Assembly (NCBI RefSeq): GCF_964204645.1
Contig: NC_134031.1
Coordinates: 1,178,001-1,242,000 of the forward strand
DNA from: Tubulanus polymorphus
Taxonomy: Eukaryota; Animalia; Nemertea
DNA: 64,000 nucleotides
Direction of reading: 5' to 3'
Below are positions 1 to 38,779 of the stretch, in pieces. The notes under the pieces are model-generated. The model worked only from the letters and a program-made list of their open reading frames with translations, was not told the origin of the DNA and ran no database searches. Numbering within the stretch: position 1 is the first letter of the stretch; every line of letters starts with the position of its first letter. A program made the position numbers and the translations under genes.

Positions 1-2959
1 ATGAACACGTGTAGAAAAACTCGAGATGGAAGACAATTTTAATATTTGTTTCTTTTTCATATAAAGTCTGAATTACTGTGAACTGTGTTAAAAACGATAC
101 AATTAATGAATATTATGTGGTCATATGAATTCTCGCGCTGCCCAAAACTATCGGAACCCAAGCGATCAGCGATTAGTAGAAGCCGAACAGATGCCCGAGC
201 TGTCGATGTTTCGTTCCTATGGTTTTGTGGCACTTTATTCCCATCTTCAACATACTGCTGGGTCCAATCATCGTTTAATATCAGCATTTCTATTTTTGCT
301 TTCAATAAAATGGCAATTTAAAATGATAAATGAAAAAAAAACTTGTGTTTAATGTTTTGTTTTTTGTTAGGATCAACACTGTGTTGATCCTTAGAATGGT
401 TCCGAGAGTGACTTTCTGTTAGCTCTTCGTGGTACAGATTGCAACGACTGGATACACACAGCTGATATTTTGTCATCAGGAGGGGAAAAGGTGTTGCAAT
501 TAATATGAAGAGTTGACATCGTTTTAGAGTCCATGCTAATATGATGAACATTTTCAAAGCAATTAAGTAAATAATTTACATTCAAAAAGACATAATGGTT
601 TTTTGGAAACGTCGGTATTGAGTAAATAAAGGATACATTTCGACCTGGGGGCATGGACCATTCATACATCATTGTCATCATTGCATGCAAGGAGATATTG
701 ACCCTGGTTGGAGAGGGCTTCCTCACAAGTTACAAAACTCTGCTTTGTGGTCAATGAAGGTGCGAGTCTACCAATCATCACGATATGAACTTCTGATGAT
801 GAAGCGTCATTAAAGATTATCCAGATCTATAGAATTCTAAAGATCTCCACACTCATATATGACGATATGGACAACTAATGACATGAATATTTATTCATCA
901 AACAGTTATAAATACATTGCACCAATTTACCAGTGTCATGACATACATATTCACAATTTGTACATATTTTCAAATTATAACCGAACAACAAACTATTGTC
1001 AAAAGAAGCCTCTGGTGCTCCCTGTAAACGTCGAGTGTAGTTAGTATCGTGCTTTAGAGACCTGCAATAACATTGAATTATCAATCAATACTTGAATCGT
1101 CAGTAATTAATAATTACACGAACATCTGCACCGCCTGCAAACTCTTCTGACATGAAAAAAAAACACTATTTCTCATATTCTCAATTGACTGCTGTTTTAA
1201 CGATCGATCATAAGATCATAATCTACATTTTGAACTGTATTGTTAGTTAATGAACTTTTGACAAACTGCAAATATATTGGTACAGTTTTTAAGATGGAGG
1301 AAACATATACATCTCGTGCAGCACACAATATCATAAAGATAGTAATCGTCTCCCTAAGGGGTTCGATAGCTTTTAATCATCTAAAAAGGTTTTAAACGCA
1401 TTTTGCCCATTCAATTTGTGAATTTCTCGGCGGAGAGACGCACAACATAAATCAAGATCGGGTCTGGCAGATGTGGGCCAGACTCGTAAAAAATTGTATA
1501 AATCTTCAATTTGATCGTCATTACTAATTGGACAGGTTCGATTCTCCATGTAAGGTACTTGAAGGGTCACGATCCCCGAAACCCCCTCTGGATCCGCGCC
1601 TGTATCCCAAAACCTATATGATTCATTGAGTTCCCCTTCGCGGTATACCAGCCCTGATCCGGTCGGAATATAGTTCAAAAAATGTACTCGTTTATTTAAA
1701 AAAAAAGAAACAATACAAGGAGACTTTATCACAGATGTCATACATTATTTTTTTCCGAACAAAAAAGATCGAATGTCTATTCATCTTCCCGTCTCACGGC
1801 GCTCAAACGACAATAGTCTGACTGATGAATGTATTTGTCACCCAGTCCCGACCGGTTTAATAGATGGGAAAGCCTCAAAAGCCGCAGTAATAAATAGCTA
1901 TCGGTGTTCTAATGATTTCTTAATTATCTATAAATTATCTATACAATGGATACATTTCGGGCCTCACTCAGGGGCACAAGTTGCTCGAATATTCTGGTTG
2001 AAGTGGATATCTGACTTAGCGACAATTGGAATCATTGTAACGATGGTTATGTTTTAATTTTTGTGAGGGTGAAGATGAACCCGCAAAAGAAAAATTGTGT
2101 AAAATTGACTATGGAAAAAGTGGGTCGACGAAGCCTCAAACCTTGGAAGCTCCACATACGAGGACAGCATGCTAACGACCGGACCAGTTTGTCAATACTA
2201 GAAAGGCACCGGACTTAGACGTTTGTCAATGAGAATAGCGGACCCGGCACACGGTCAGTCAAATGTCATCAAGAGGGTTGCTCCAACCACTGTGCGGGTT
2301 TGACCATCGGGCGGTTTCTCTTCATTAGGATTTATGGAAATAATCGACAGAGCACAGAAAAACAATCTGTTATTATGATATAATGTAGACATCAGCCAGA
2401 AAGTCGGAGGAATCTCACTTGCCACAGTAAGAATGAGCAATCTGAGGTTACTCCGGATTGATGTAGATCGATACTGAACCGTCATTTATTAGGTTCGAGT
2501 CCCATCACGCAATGAAATTTTTGAATACTTTAGTTTCAGAAATTCTATGATTGATCCGCCTGCTTTTTTATCTTTGTGGACATCTTTAATTCATTGGTTT
2601 GTGTACTAGAGACTTTTCGTTGCGAATTTTAATTCGAAAATTGCTATCTTGTATGCTTTTTCAAGTATATTTTCTTAAACCTGGGATTTTAAGTGACTGA
2701 TAAAATTTAAAAATGATCTGATGATGATATGAGGGTTATGATTTCTACTGGTTTTGTTAGGCTTTTGATTTCTACTGGTTAAAGGAACCATCCTTTATTC
2801 ATATTTGATAATTTGCAAAGGAAAAAGTCGATCGAAGAAGGAATAAAGAATTTTGGAGAATTTATCTTAAAATCCCTACGCGCAGATGGGACTCGAAACG
2901 AATCCTGAGCGATTCCATTAGCGGCCAGTAGACGGCGCTGAAGTGAGTTAAGTGTACTG

Positions 2960-2969
2960 TGATTGGCTG
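2960..2969 (-). promoter_or_regulatory. CCAAT box (NF-Y-like) upstream of PBX
   Basis: TGATTGGCTG on +, ~210 bp upstream of the ATG. Confidence 0.4.
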
Positions 2970-3174
2970 ATGAGTTTGTAATACTAATGCAGCTGCGGCC
3001 ATGGTGCTGTTTATTGTGAGGAGAGTTTGAGAGGATACAGCTGCAGAGACGTCCAGAATAAACACCATTTCATCGTCAAAATACAGTTATCAGATAAGTG
3101 AATAGTTTCAGCGCGACTACCTGATCTAATCCGGCGAGATAATCCGCAGATAATCCGTCGCAGATAACGCCACC

Positions 3175-29101
<25,927 letters not shown>

Positions 29102-31247
29102 ACGAAATCGACGCGCGTCGTAAAAATATTTACAAAAAAAAAAAATACAACAAACAACAAACCATATCAGACATAGTTTTATCGAAAACAAAACTCATGG
29201 ACTCTTCGTTCTTTTTATTTTCTGAAGAAGTATTCGTGGTATTCGTAAGTCTTATCATTGTATGAAAACAAAATATGGATCTGTAAAGAAAAATAGTGAG
29301 TTATAGCCGTTATTATATAAACCTGTAGTAACCGTTTAATCAGCGCCAGTGACACGTCTGTACTATTACATACAGCTGGACTCTGTGTCATAGATCACAC
29401 GGGCAAAAATAATCCATGGCAACACTTAGAATTTCTCTTAGTTATTATTACCACGGTTTCTCATTGTTATCACGGTGGTTGTCTCCCTGGTAGAGGATAT
29501 CTGTGTTAACTGATGCCCGGTCTATGAAATCGGGCCCAGGTAATATAACCAGCCCTAGCCCTCGGATATTAGATATTTTGTCAGCTTGTTTTCAAAATTT
29601 GATTGTTAAGCTGGTGAATATGTGCGATGGGTTTAGAGATGGTTCGAGGCTACCAGTATATATGATTGTCACACAATATTCAGTATTAAGTTTGATTTTC
29701 AGTCAAAACCTACCAGAGCCTTGGCACCCACAGCGTATGAATACGCAGCAATGTAGTAGTACATATAAATTGATCTGAAACTTTCAGAGTTCATTTCAAA
29801 CAGTATTTTCTTTTTTTCACTAAGTATAATTGAAGTGAATATGAACAGGGCGATATCCTAACTAACACTAACAACTTACTTTCTAAAAGAATACTTCGCT
29901 TTTTAGCTGTTATTTATAACCAGTAATTATGGGAGTTGAGATGTTTATGATTTTGGTGCTAATTTCTTTTTAAGAGATGAAACTGTCAGACTGTCTTGTG
30001 GTATATTCGAAGTGGAATATCTTCAAAAGGTTAACGATATTTCCATGTATATCGTTCGGTTATCTTTATTATCATTAACAACTGTACTTAAAACTGACCT
30101 TAAAAAAGAATTCGCGTGAATTCACAATTCGTTGCAAAGTCTTCAATCTCATTTAGGAAATTACAAATATTGAAGAGGTGGATTTTTTAATCGAAATTAT
30201 GAATAATGAGTTTGATAATCTTCGATATCGATGTTCTTCTATGTTATAAGGTCATCAATTAGTGAATATATTTAGTGTGTATATACGTGTATGTATATTT
30301 TATTAAAGATTGACATTTTACCCAAGTATACGACTACTACTAGTTTAGACTCGGTTTAAGCCGGATCCAATCAACTCACACTCATTTAACTCTGAGAATA
30401 ACTTGATATACCCTTGATTACTGATAATTTGAACATTTTCTTTCATATATCTCAACGAAATGTTTCTGAAAAGAATTCAACTTGTTACTGATAGCACTAT
30501 GCAGAGGTTTATCAGCCCTGCGATCCCAAAAGTTCCGACTTGAGCGGAGTCTATTGTACAGTACTGTACTGTGTTTTTCTCGTAATTAATAGGCTATTAT
30601 TAATTATAATAGATAAATGAATGTTTTAAAAACATCAGAATCTCTTTTCATTTTTCGAGAAAGTGATTTTCAAAGCGCGTGTGGAAATGGGTTTTGTATA
30701 AAAAGAAAAAAAAAACATATTTGCTAGTTTTTCTTGTCTGGGGCTTTTAGATATTGTAATGTGGTCAGTGTGTAAAGGGGTTTGTGTGTACAGAACTGAA
30801 ATCAATATTACTATAATCAACGCAAAACGGAAATTTGTTAAAACGCATTCAGAAATTGTACATGTATAATAATAATAATAATTATTATTGATTAATAATG
30901 AATATTAATATTGTATTATTATCAGAATACAATAGTACATTGTATTTGAATAATTGTATTTTAGGGGGGAGGGTTAGTGTAGATCAGACCATGGTAGTAA
31001 TTTCAAACATGACCACTGCGTGGCGCTTTTATCCAGACTCATCGGCAAAATCTGTCTTAATTGTCCTGGAACTTGAGTACAAGGTACTGCGGAGTCTGCT
31101 GTAAATTGAAATAGATTTATTTCTTTATTGGTTTGATATGAGCTGCTGCTGCTGCTGCTGCTGCTTTCTGCTCCCATGGTCTTCTTAGGTTAGTTCTTGT
31201 CTATACATTGTGTGTGTAGCCAGTAACATTGTCCATTGCTAGATATA

Positions 31248-31253
31248 AATAAA
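31248..31253 (+). terminator. Probable PBX polyadenylation signal (~2.1-kb 3' UTR)
   Basis: AATAAA followed by a GT/T-rich tract (~31297-31312), just upstream of the SLC39A7 promoter. Confidence 0.4.
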
Positions 31254-31805
31254 ATGATAAGCTTCAAGCATAACATAAACATCGTTCTTGTATCTCATTG
31301 TTTTTGTGGTTTCTGAATCCAACAACTTTCCTTAAATTTGAACAGGAAGTTTAAATGCATGTGTTCGGCACATTGGAAGATGGGACGCTACTGAAAATGG
31401 GTGGGTCTGGGTCTGGTAGTTTGAATGGAGGAATTTTTTGCTAAACTTTGGTTGGTCCAGATACTATCATTCTCTCCCCCACTCAAATTAGTTGCACTCC
31501 AGCAATTTGGACGAAGAAGGGTCTGACTTGACTTCTCATCTGGAGTGTGACTTGTATGTACAGAGCGGTCAATGTGACATCGTTTTTTTGTGTCTAGAAT
31601 CGGTATCTTTGTCTTATTTTTGCTACATTTGTATTTCACTGTTTACTGCCTGAACACTAGATTGATGAATTTTTGAATTTGTTATCAATCAATATGCCGA
31701 GAATTGAATTGATAGTCCGTTACCGCAGCCGTATAGCCGGGCACGCTGCTGAAAGTCCTGTCACGCAGCCGTATAGCCGGCTTGACGCGCTGTACGTCAT
31801 TCAAC

Positions 31806-34800
31806 ATGGCGGCCTCCATGAAGAACGGACGCAGTTCATCAATAATCGCTGTAATTTGGCTGTTTGTATGTGTATTTACTGTTCAGATCTCTGTCAGTTA
31901 TTCTCACGGACATGGTCATGATCACGATCATCATCATCACGCTGAACCGGCACATTTCAAGTATTCGCAAGCCGCTAATAAAGAGGAACCGGCCCGGCCG
32001 GCTGAGGATCTGACAGCTGAGGGCAAGAAGAAAAACGGTCATTCCCACGATCATCACGGTCACTCCCACGATCATCATGGTCATTCTCATGACGATCACC
32101 ACGGTCATTCTCATGACCACCACGGTCATTCTCATGACCACCACGGTCATTCTCACGATCATCATGGTCATTCCCATGATCATCACGGCCACTCTCATGG
32201 CCACCATGGTCATTCTCATGATGATCATCACCACACCGTTAAAGAACAGGGTCTGCCCCCTACCGGAACCGATCGTACTGACCCGAAACAACCGGATTTG
32301 ACTAAACTATGGATACAAGCTGTAGTTTCGACTGGACTGATAAGCGCTGCTCCGGTAATTATTTTACTGTTTATACCTCTCGATCACACGGAGGCTAAAC
32401 GACCGCTACTGAAAGTGTTATTGAGTTTCGCGTCCGGTGGTTTACTGGGAGACGCATTCTTACATCTGATACCGCACGCAATAACGCCCCATACTCACAC
32501 CGCCGGTGAGCACGGGCACCAGCATTCACACGGCGCGGGCGGTGAGGGCCACGGGCACGACATGAGGGTTGGACTGGGCGTCCTCGCGGGTATCGTAGCG
32601 TTCCTCATGGTCGAGAAGTTTGTACGATATGTTAAAGGCGGTCACGGACATTCGCACGGTCCGCCCGCGACGAAACCAGCCAATGAAAACAGTAAGAGTT
32701 CGGCGAAAAAAGACAAGAAAGAAACGGACGCAGAATTGAAGAAACGCAAGAAAACGGACGGAGATAAGAAGAAAAGTGAAGATCAACATCAAGGTGGGTT
32801 TGTAGAATTAATGCTTGCCTCAGATCTCAGGTCGAGCTGAAATCTCAGTCGAATAATAGATTCATACAAGTGTCATGAAAATATTCCGGTGCAGCCTGGT
32901 ACTCGCACTATTTCAGACATTCAACATTTTATAAAGACCCACAATCTGAAGATCTCAGGTCGTCATCCCATACAATTAATATATCAGAATATTGTGTCTG
33001 ATACTTGTGATAGTCGCAGGTATAAATCTACTGTAATACAGTATTTTTAAGTAGTTATAGGTGATGTTAATCTGTTCGTGTTGGTCGTAAGCTTTATTTC
33101 AATGATTTCCATTGATTTTCTCATTATTCCGATGACTATTCTATGTGTTCAGTGTTAAAGCTTTATTTGAATTAATTCTCCATCTGTTCTCTCTCAATTC
33201 CTGAATATATTGATTGATTTCACTCTAAATGTATTCTGAGTTTGTCGAATGGAATAATTTAAACACGCGATTTACACTTTTACAATTTCCCTGGTTTTAT
33301 GTATATATATTTATTTCACTGCAAAAATATTTTTGCGATAAATTGAGAAAAAAAGTATTTCGAATTGAAAAAAAAATGATATTATTACTCAGCTGTCTAA
33401 AGGTTCAGATAATTTGATACCTCCAGTATTCAGAAATAATAGTAGTTTATATGCTATAATGCTAGTATGAATAGCATATGCAGTAGTTTGACTGACTGTT
33501 TTAAAAAGGAGCATTTCAGATCAAGACCAAAATGTCATTATTTCGATATTTCGATTAATAAGTTTTCGATAGGTTTATGATTTTATGGCGATAATTTGTC
33601 AATTTTAGTCTTTAAACAAAAGATCAGTTTTCATGCTATAACATCACTATGTAGATGTATAGAAGTTGAGTGTTTTTTGTGGTGACTGGGTGACAGCTGT
33701 TGTCTTATTGATTTCATCATCATTAATATAAAACTCTGTATACGTGTCCTCTACATTGATAAACAGGTTTTAATCTCGTCATTTGAATTTCAACTCGTCG
33801 CATGCAGCAATCTGTCGCCAAATATCTAATTATCGACGTCTGTTGTTCTGCACACGTCCAGATGCTGCCGATGAGGCAAGAATTTGCCTGCATCATAGTT
33901 AGGTCCATTAATCAAAAAACCTAAGAAAAAGTTCTTAAATCAATATCTATTACCATCTAAAAAGATAACTTTTATCAAGACTTAAATGGTAACGACGCCT
34001 CTTAACTCGAGGTCTTTAATGTCGAATTATCACTGAACACAAATATTAAAACTGTTGTGGCTGAAAACAGCCTCATTGGCTCAGTGGGATGTGTGACAAT
34101 CCAGGCGAGTGATACTGGGTGTTTGCTGTGTGCGGGCAACATAGGCTGTGGTCCCCGTTGTCGGGTTAATCTCGGGAACACTCCAATCGGGTTAATCTCG
34201 GGAAAACATGATCCAAACTAGGTTACATAAAGCTAGATATAAACGATGAATTAAGTTCCATTGTTTAATTCAAATTATTGCCTCAATCAACCACAATTCA
34301 CTGGTCTCGGGATGAGTTCACTGTATTATTTCACGTTAAGTTTGACCGGGTTTATTGTGTATTTCAGGTTCTGATATAAAAGTCGCTGGTTATCTGAATT
34401 TAGCGGCCGATTTCGCTCATAATTTCACCGATGGTTTAGCTATCGGCGCGTCGTATCTCGCTGGACAGAATGTCGGCATAATAACCACTGTTACTATACT
34501 ATTCCATGAAGTTCCCCATGAGATCGGAGATTTCGCAATCCTCATTCAATCGGGCTGCTCAAAGAGAAAGGTTTGTATACGATTGGAAAATTGAAATAAG
34601 GGGTTATTGATAACGTATATGTAAAACAATGTATGGGTACAGGGTTTTGGAAAAATCCTACATTTTTCATGGTTCGCGCAGATCAGGAAATTCTGACTCA
34701 AACCGTCTTTCTGTGTTTACATGTGCAGAGAGAGGGTTTGAAAGTAAGCTACATTTTGCATACATCATTGTTTGTTCAGATCAATCAGGGAATGCTACAT

Positions 34801-35441
34801 GTTTCATGGTTCATGCAGATCAGGGAATTAATTCTGACTAAAACCCTCTCTCTCTACGCCTACGTTTGGGGAGAGAGGGTTTGAAAGTAAGCTACATTTT
34901 GCATACATCATGGTTTGTACAGAACAGGGTAAATCAGAGAATTCAGACTCTTTCTTGAAGAGTCGGGGAATTTTTGGTGTCTCGTTGTTCTTGCTGGTGA
35001 TGAATCTCTAGAGAAGAAACAGCCCCAACTGAGAGTAAATCTTATGATTGAATCAGGGAATTTTCGGTTAAAGGTCCTGGAAATACCAGGATTTCCTCCT
35101 GATCTGTAAGAACTCTGATAGATACCTCATGAACTAATAGATCCAAATGTTTTTTTTTTCACCGAACTTTGATTGATATTTTGCAGGCGATGATGTTACA
35201 GTTGACTACCGCTGTCGGTGCTATGCTCGGTACGATTTTCAGTCTGGTAGCTGGTGGTACCGGCGAGGCAGCTGCAACCACGTGGATTCTTCCATTCACC
35301 GCCGGTGGATTCATTTACATCGCTACAGTATCGGTGATTCCTGAACTGTTGGAGGACTCTAAAATCTGGCAGAGTATTAAGGAAATAGTAGCTCTTCTAG
35401 TTGGTGTATATATGATGGTTTTAATAGCTGAATATGAATAG
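31806..35441 (+). CDS. SLC39A7: Zinc transporter ZIP7/KE4/Catsup (LIV-1 subfamily): join(31806..32793,34368..34570,35187..35441), 481 aa
   Basis: Signal peptide, long (HHGHSHD)n tract (~32037-32232), [44 protein letters not shown]-1 motif [37 protein letters not shown]; GT-AG introns, phases 1 and 0 join in frame. Confidence 0.96.
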
Positions 35442-35721
35442 GTTATTAAATTATATAAGTATAAAGTTGATGATTGAGTCATTTTATTTGGTAAATTTTG
35501 ATTATTCGTTTTATGTATGGAGAAGAATCTTTGTATATTAAAATATCCGATTGAGTGGTAAAATTCAGGGGTGGGTTTAATAGTCTTCATTGATCAAAGT
35601 GAAGTTGTCGGTGAAACAACTGATCTTGAGTTTAGTCAATATTTAGTATAATCAGACCCAATTGTGTAATCGTGGCTTAGATCCATAAGTGGTCTGATCT
35701 TAAGTTGTTAGATCGGTTATA

Positions 35722-35912
35722 CAGTAGACTGTGTTTATTGCGGAGTCAATTGTCTGTTTATCGCGTGCCCTTCGTCTGACAACGTGTTACAAGTTAATTT
35801 ATTCCAATTCATCGTGATAACTACCCATCCCAGTTTTGACTGCCCTGGAAAGAACCTAAACCTCACAGAGAATTAAATGGCCCGCAAGATCCGAGACAAA
35901 CAGAGTCTACTG
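35722..35912. mobile_element. TA-flanked MITE nested in another MITE, downstream of the SLC39A7 stop
   Basis: TA-CAGTAGACTGTGTTT ... AAACAGAGTCTACTG-TA; flanks resemble the 13-kb MITE family. Confidence 0.7.
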
Positions 35913-37377
35913 TAGCTTAAACCGTGCAACTGACCCCCCAGAGTTAGTATTCACGTCTCCCTGTAAAAGTAACATATTTTTTCTAGGAAATAGAACGTAT
36001 TGAAGCATGTAGATAGTGGTTTTATGTAGTACATGATGTAGTTATAGTTAATTTCATGAAATTGTTTGAAATAGTCAATAATCGGCTGAACACACATTGA
36101 ATCGATGTAATTGAAATAATGACAGATTGAATTAAGACTCTCGTTCAGACACTCGCTCGTTTATATCATCGGTCTTTGTATTATTATAATCGATTAAACG
36201 TCTGTTCAATGATGAGAATTTATCGATAAACTATTGTTTGTATAAACGGTCTGTGTAAACATTGTTCAGCTCAGGGAAGTGAATTTCAGCATTTTAATCA
36301 TTTTCCATGATGCAGTTTTACTATTCCGTAGATAAATGCTATCAAAAACCTCATTACAACGAGCTTTAGGAGAGGCAATTGAAAGATTCAATATAATATT
36401 TAATCTCTGAAGTTTACAATGTTTTAAGATACACAACGAATTTTAGTTGTTTTCTCAGTGTAAATCTGCCAGTGAACCCTCCTCCCCCTTAGAGAAGATC
36501 ATGAATGAAATTTTTTGCCTTGTCTACTACTGATCAGGTAGTATTGATTGAACAATAGTCAGGGGAAGGGAGTAAGGGTGGCTGTGATGTTTGAGTGTTT
36601 TGTAACAGATGTTTTCATTCCCTCACGTGTATGTTGTTGTATCAGTTTCATACAGCGCCAGTGAGCGAGTACGTGTGCGTCTGTTAATAATGTATAAATC
36701 AATAGACTTATCAGTTTATAATTGACTTTGAAATGATCTTTCGCTCTTAGTTTATTGATAACAGTTCATTTAACATTTTACGATGTAGATTTAAAATGTC
36801 TCCGATGTTTGATCATTGAAGTAAAATTAGATATTGAAATGTATGTAAATACGCCAGGTGTTGTTGTAAATCATTTTTAAGAACCATAGTTTTGCTGATT
36901 GGGGTAGAATTTTAAATATTCTGTCCCGCAAGGGCATGTGAGGTAATCAGCTACGCGGCAAGCACAGCGTCAACTGGCAACAAGGAAACAACCAATTAAC
37001 TAAATGTTAATCTCAACCTTTTAATTCAACATTTACCAATACAAAGTGCAGGAAACACATAATACTTCATATAAACTACTAATACTGAATAGAGCAGTCA
37101 AAACCAGCTTAATTCACAATTCAGATATTATATGGCCTCAGTTAAGTAATAACTATTTCCTATTTCCAAATCAATTTACTACACTGATAAGTGTTAAGTT
37201 ATCATTTGGATAAGTTAGTAGTAAGCCCTTTATAATCAGCTGGGCTTAGTGATAATATTTTGATTGTGAAACTAAGCCGCAGTCCATTTACAGACTGCAC
37301 TGGATGAGCCATCGACAAAATGATCTGAGCAGGTTTTACTTAATTTCAGAAATCAAGACGGCTTATTCTGCAGAGAG

Positions 37378-37568
37378 AGAGAGGGAACCTCCAGCCCCGC
37401 AATCAGAGGGAACCCCAGCCCTGCAATCAGAGGGAACCCTCATCCCTGCTGTAAGAGGGAACCCCCAGCCCTGCAATCAGAGGGAACCCTCATCCCTGCT
37501 GTAAGAGGGAACCCCCAGCCCTGCAATCAGAGGGAACCCCCACAAGAGGGAACCCCACCACCTGCTGT
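37378..37568. repeat. ~22-nt minisatellite directly after the TTC19 stop
   Basis: (AGAGGGAACCCC(A)GCCCTGCAATC)n variants. Confidence 0.85.
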
Positions 37569-37576
37569 TATAGAAA

Positions 37577-38779
37577 TCAAGCTGGATTTTTTCCAGCCGT
37601 TCGTAAAGACATCATTTTAACGATTAAATTCGCTTGTTCTTCGCTTTCTTTATCTTTAACTTCGATCGCTATTTTCAGCGCGTTTTTCCCGAGTTCAAGC
37701 GCTTTATCGAACTGTTTCTTCTGGAAGTAAACGCCGGCTAAATTAACGTAGAACGCAGCACGATCGGGATACGCGTTCTCCTCTGCGCAATCGATCGCTC
37801 GTTTCAGGTAACCCTCCGCCGCGTCCAGGTCGTTCGTTTCTACGGCCACCGTCGCTAAGCTGTTTAAAATCACTAACGTCTGCTCGTGCGTCGAGCCGCG
37901 TAATTTCACCGATAGTTCGAGCGCTTTCTCAAACAACTCGCGACTTTTCGCGAAATCTCGCGTCCACACTAAAAACCGGGCGTACGAGTCGACGCAGAGT
38001 CCCCACAACGCGAGGGTATCGTCGTCGGTGATCCCCGAGTCGAATTTACGTTGCTGAGCGTCGATACAGTATTTATACCCGGCGATCGCCTCCGCGGAAC
38101 GTTTCTGCATCGCGTTAACGTTCGCTAGTTTAACGCTGATCTCGATGACGGCATTATCCGTCTGTTCGTAACCGCTCGCGAATAAACCCTTCAACGTCTC
38201 TTTATACAACGCTTCTCCCGACCGAACGTCGCCTTTCGTGAAATATAAATTCGCCAGACAGTCGAACACGAACGTTCTCTTCTCGATGAATTCTTTTTCG
38301 TCGATCGTCGCGTTTTGTTTCCGCGTTTCGAGGATTTTCAACGCCTCGTGAAATAATCGATCGGCTTCGTCGTAATTCTGTTCATCCATCGCTCGGCGAC
38401 CGCTGTTCACCGTTACATTCAATTGGTCGATGTCTTCTTTCTTCGCTCCGATTCCGAATAAAGAGAACGACGCGAGGACGCCCGGAATCGCGCGGCTCCA
38501 CCGCCCAGCTGATTTACCGTCTCGTGAATTGCCTTCATTTCTGAAAAACAAGTCGAATAGATACAAACTAATAACGCTAGAAAAATTGATCTGAAGTGAA
38601 TAATCCTACCTTTTATTAGAATCACGCAGGGGTACGACCCCCTGAGCCTGAGTAGTAGTTCCTGGACGGATTATCAAGGGGGCGCTGCTGGCGAGCGGTC
38701 TGATTCTGCTGGTCCTAATCGTCGAATATCGCTGTATTTTAGTGATAAGTCGAGGTAAAGCCCGCCCCAGTCTCTCCAT
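37577..38779 (-). CDS. TTC19: Mitochondrial TPR protein, TTC19-like: complement(join(37577..38540,38610..38779)), 377 aa
   Basis: Exon 1 MERLGRALPRLITKIQRYSTIRTSRIRPLASS is Arg/Ser/Thr-rich like a mitochondrial presequence; 69-nt GT-AG phase-2 intron; TPR helices with DNAVIEISVKLA, GYKYCI, DTLALWGLCVDSYARFL, HEQTLVILNSLAT, recalling TTC19. Confidence 0.82.

Noticed and set aside
2120-2510. tRNA-like fragments (GGTTCGAGTCCC near 2492; also ~25970)
   Set aside because: Isolated B-box-like matches with no cloverleaf; at most SINE remnants.
31839-32301. Overlapping Met/Val/Thr-rich ORFs
   Set aside because: Antisense and alternate frames of the ZIP7 His-repeat.
38541-38566. ORF-track start of the TPR protein (MYLFDLFF)
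   Set aside because: This is the intron pyrimidine tract; the real start is the upstream exon ATG at 38779.
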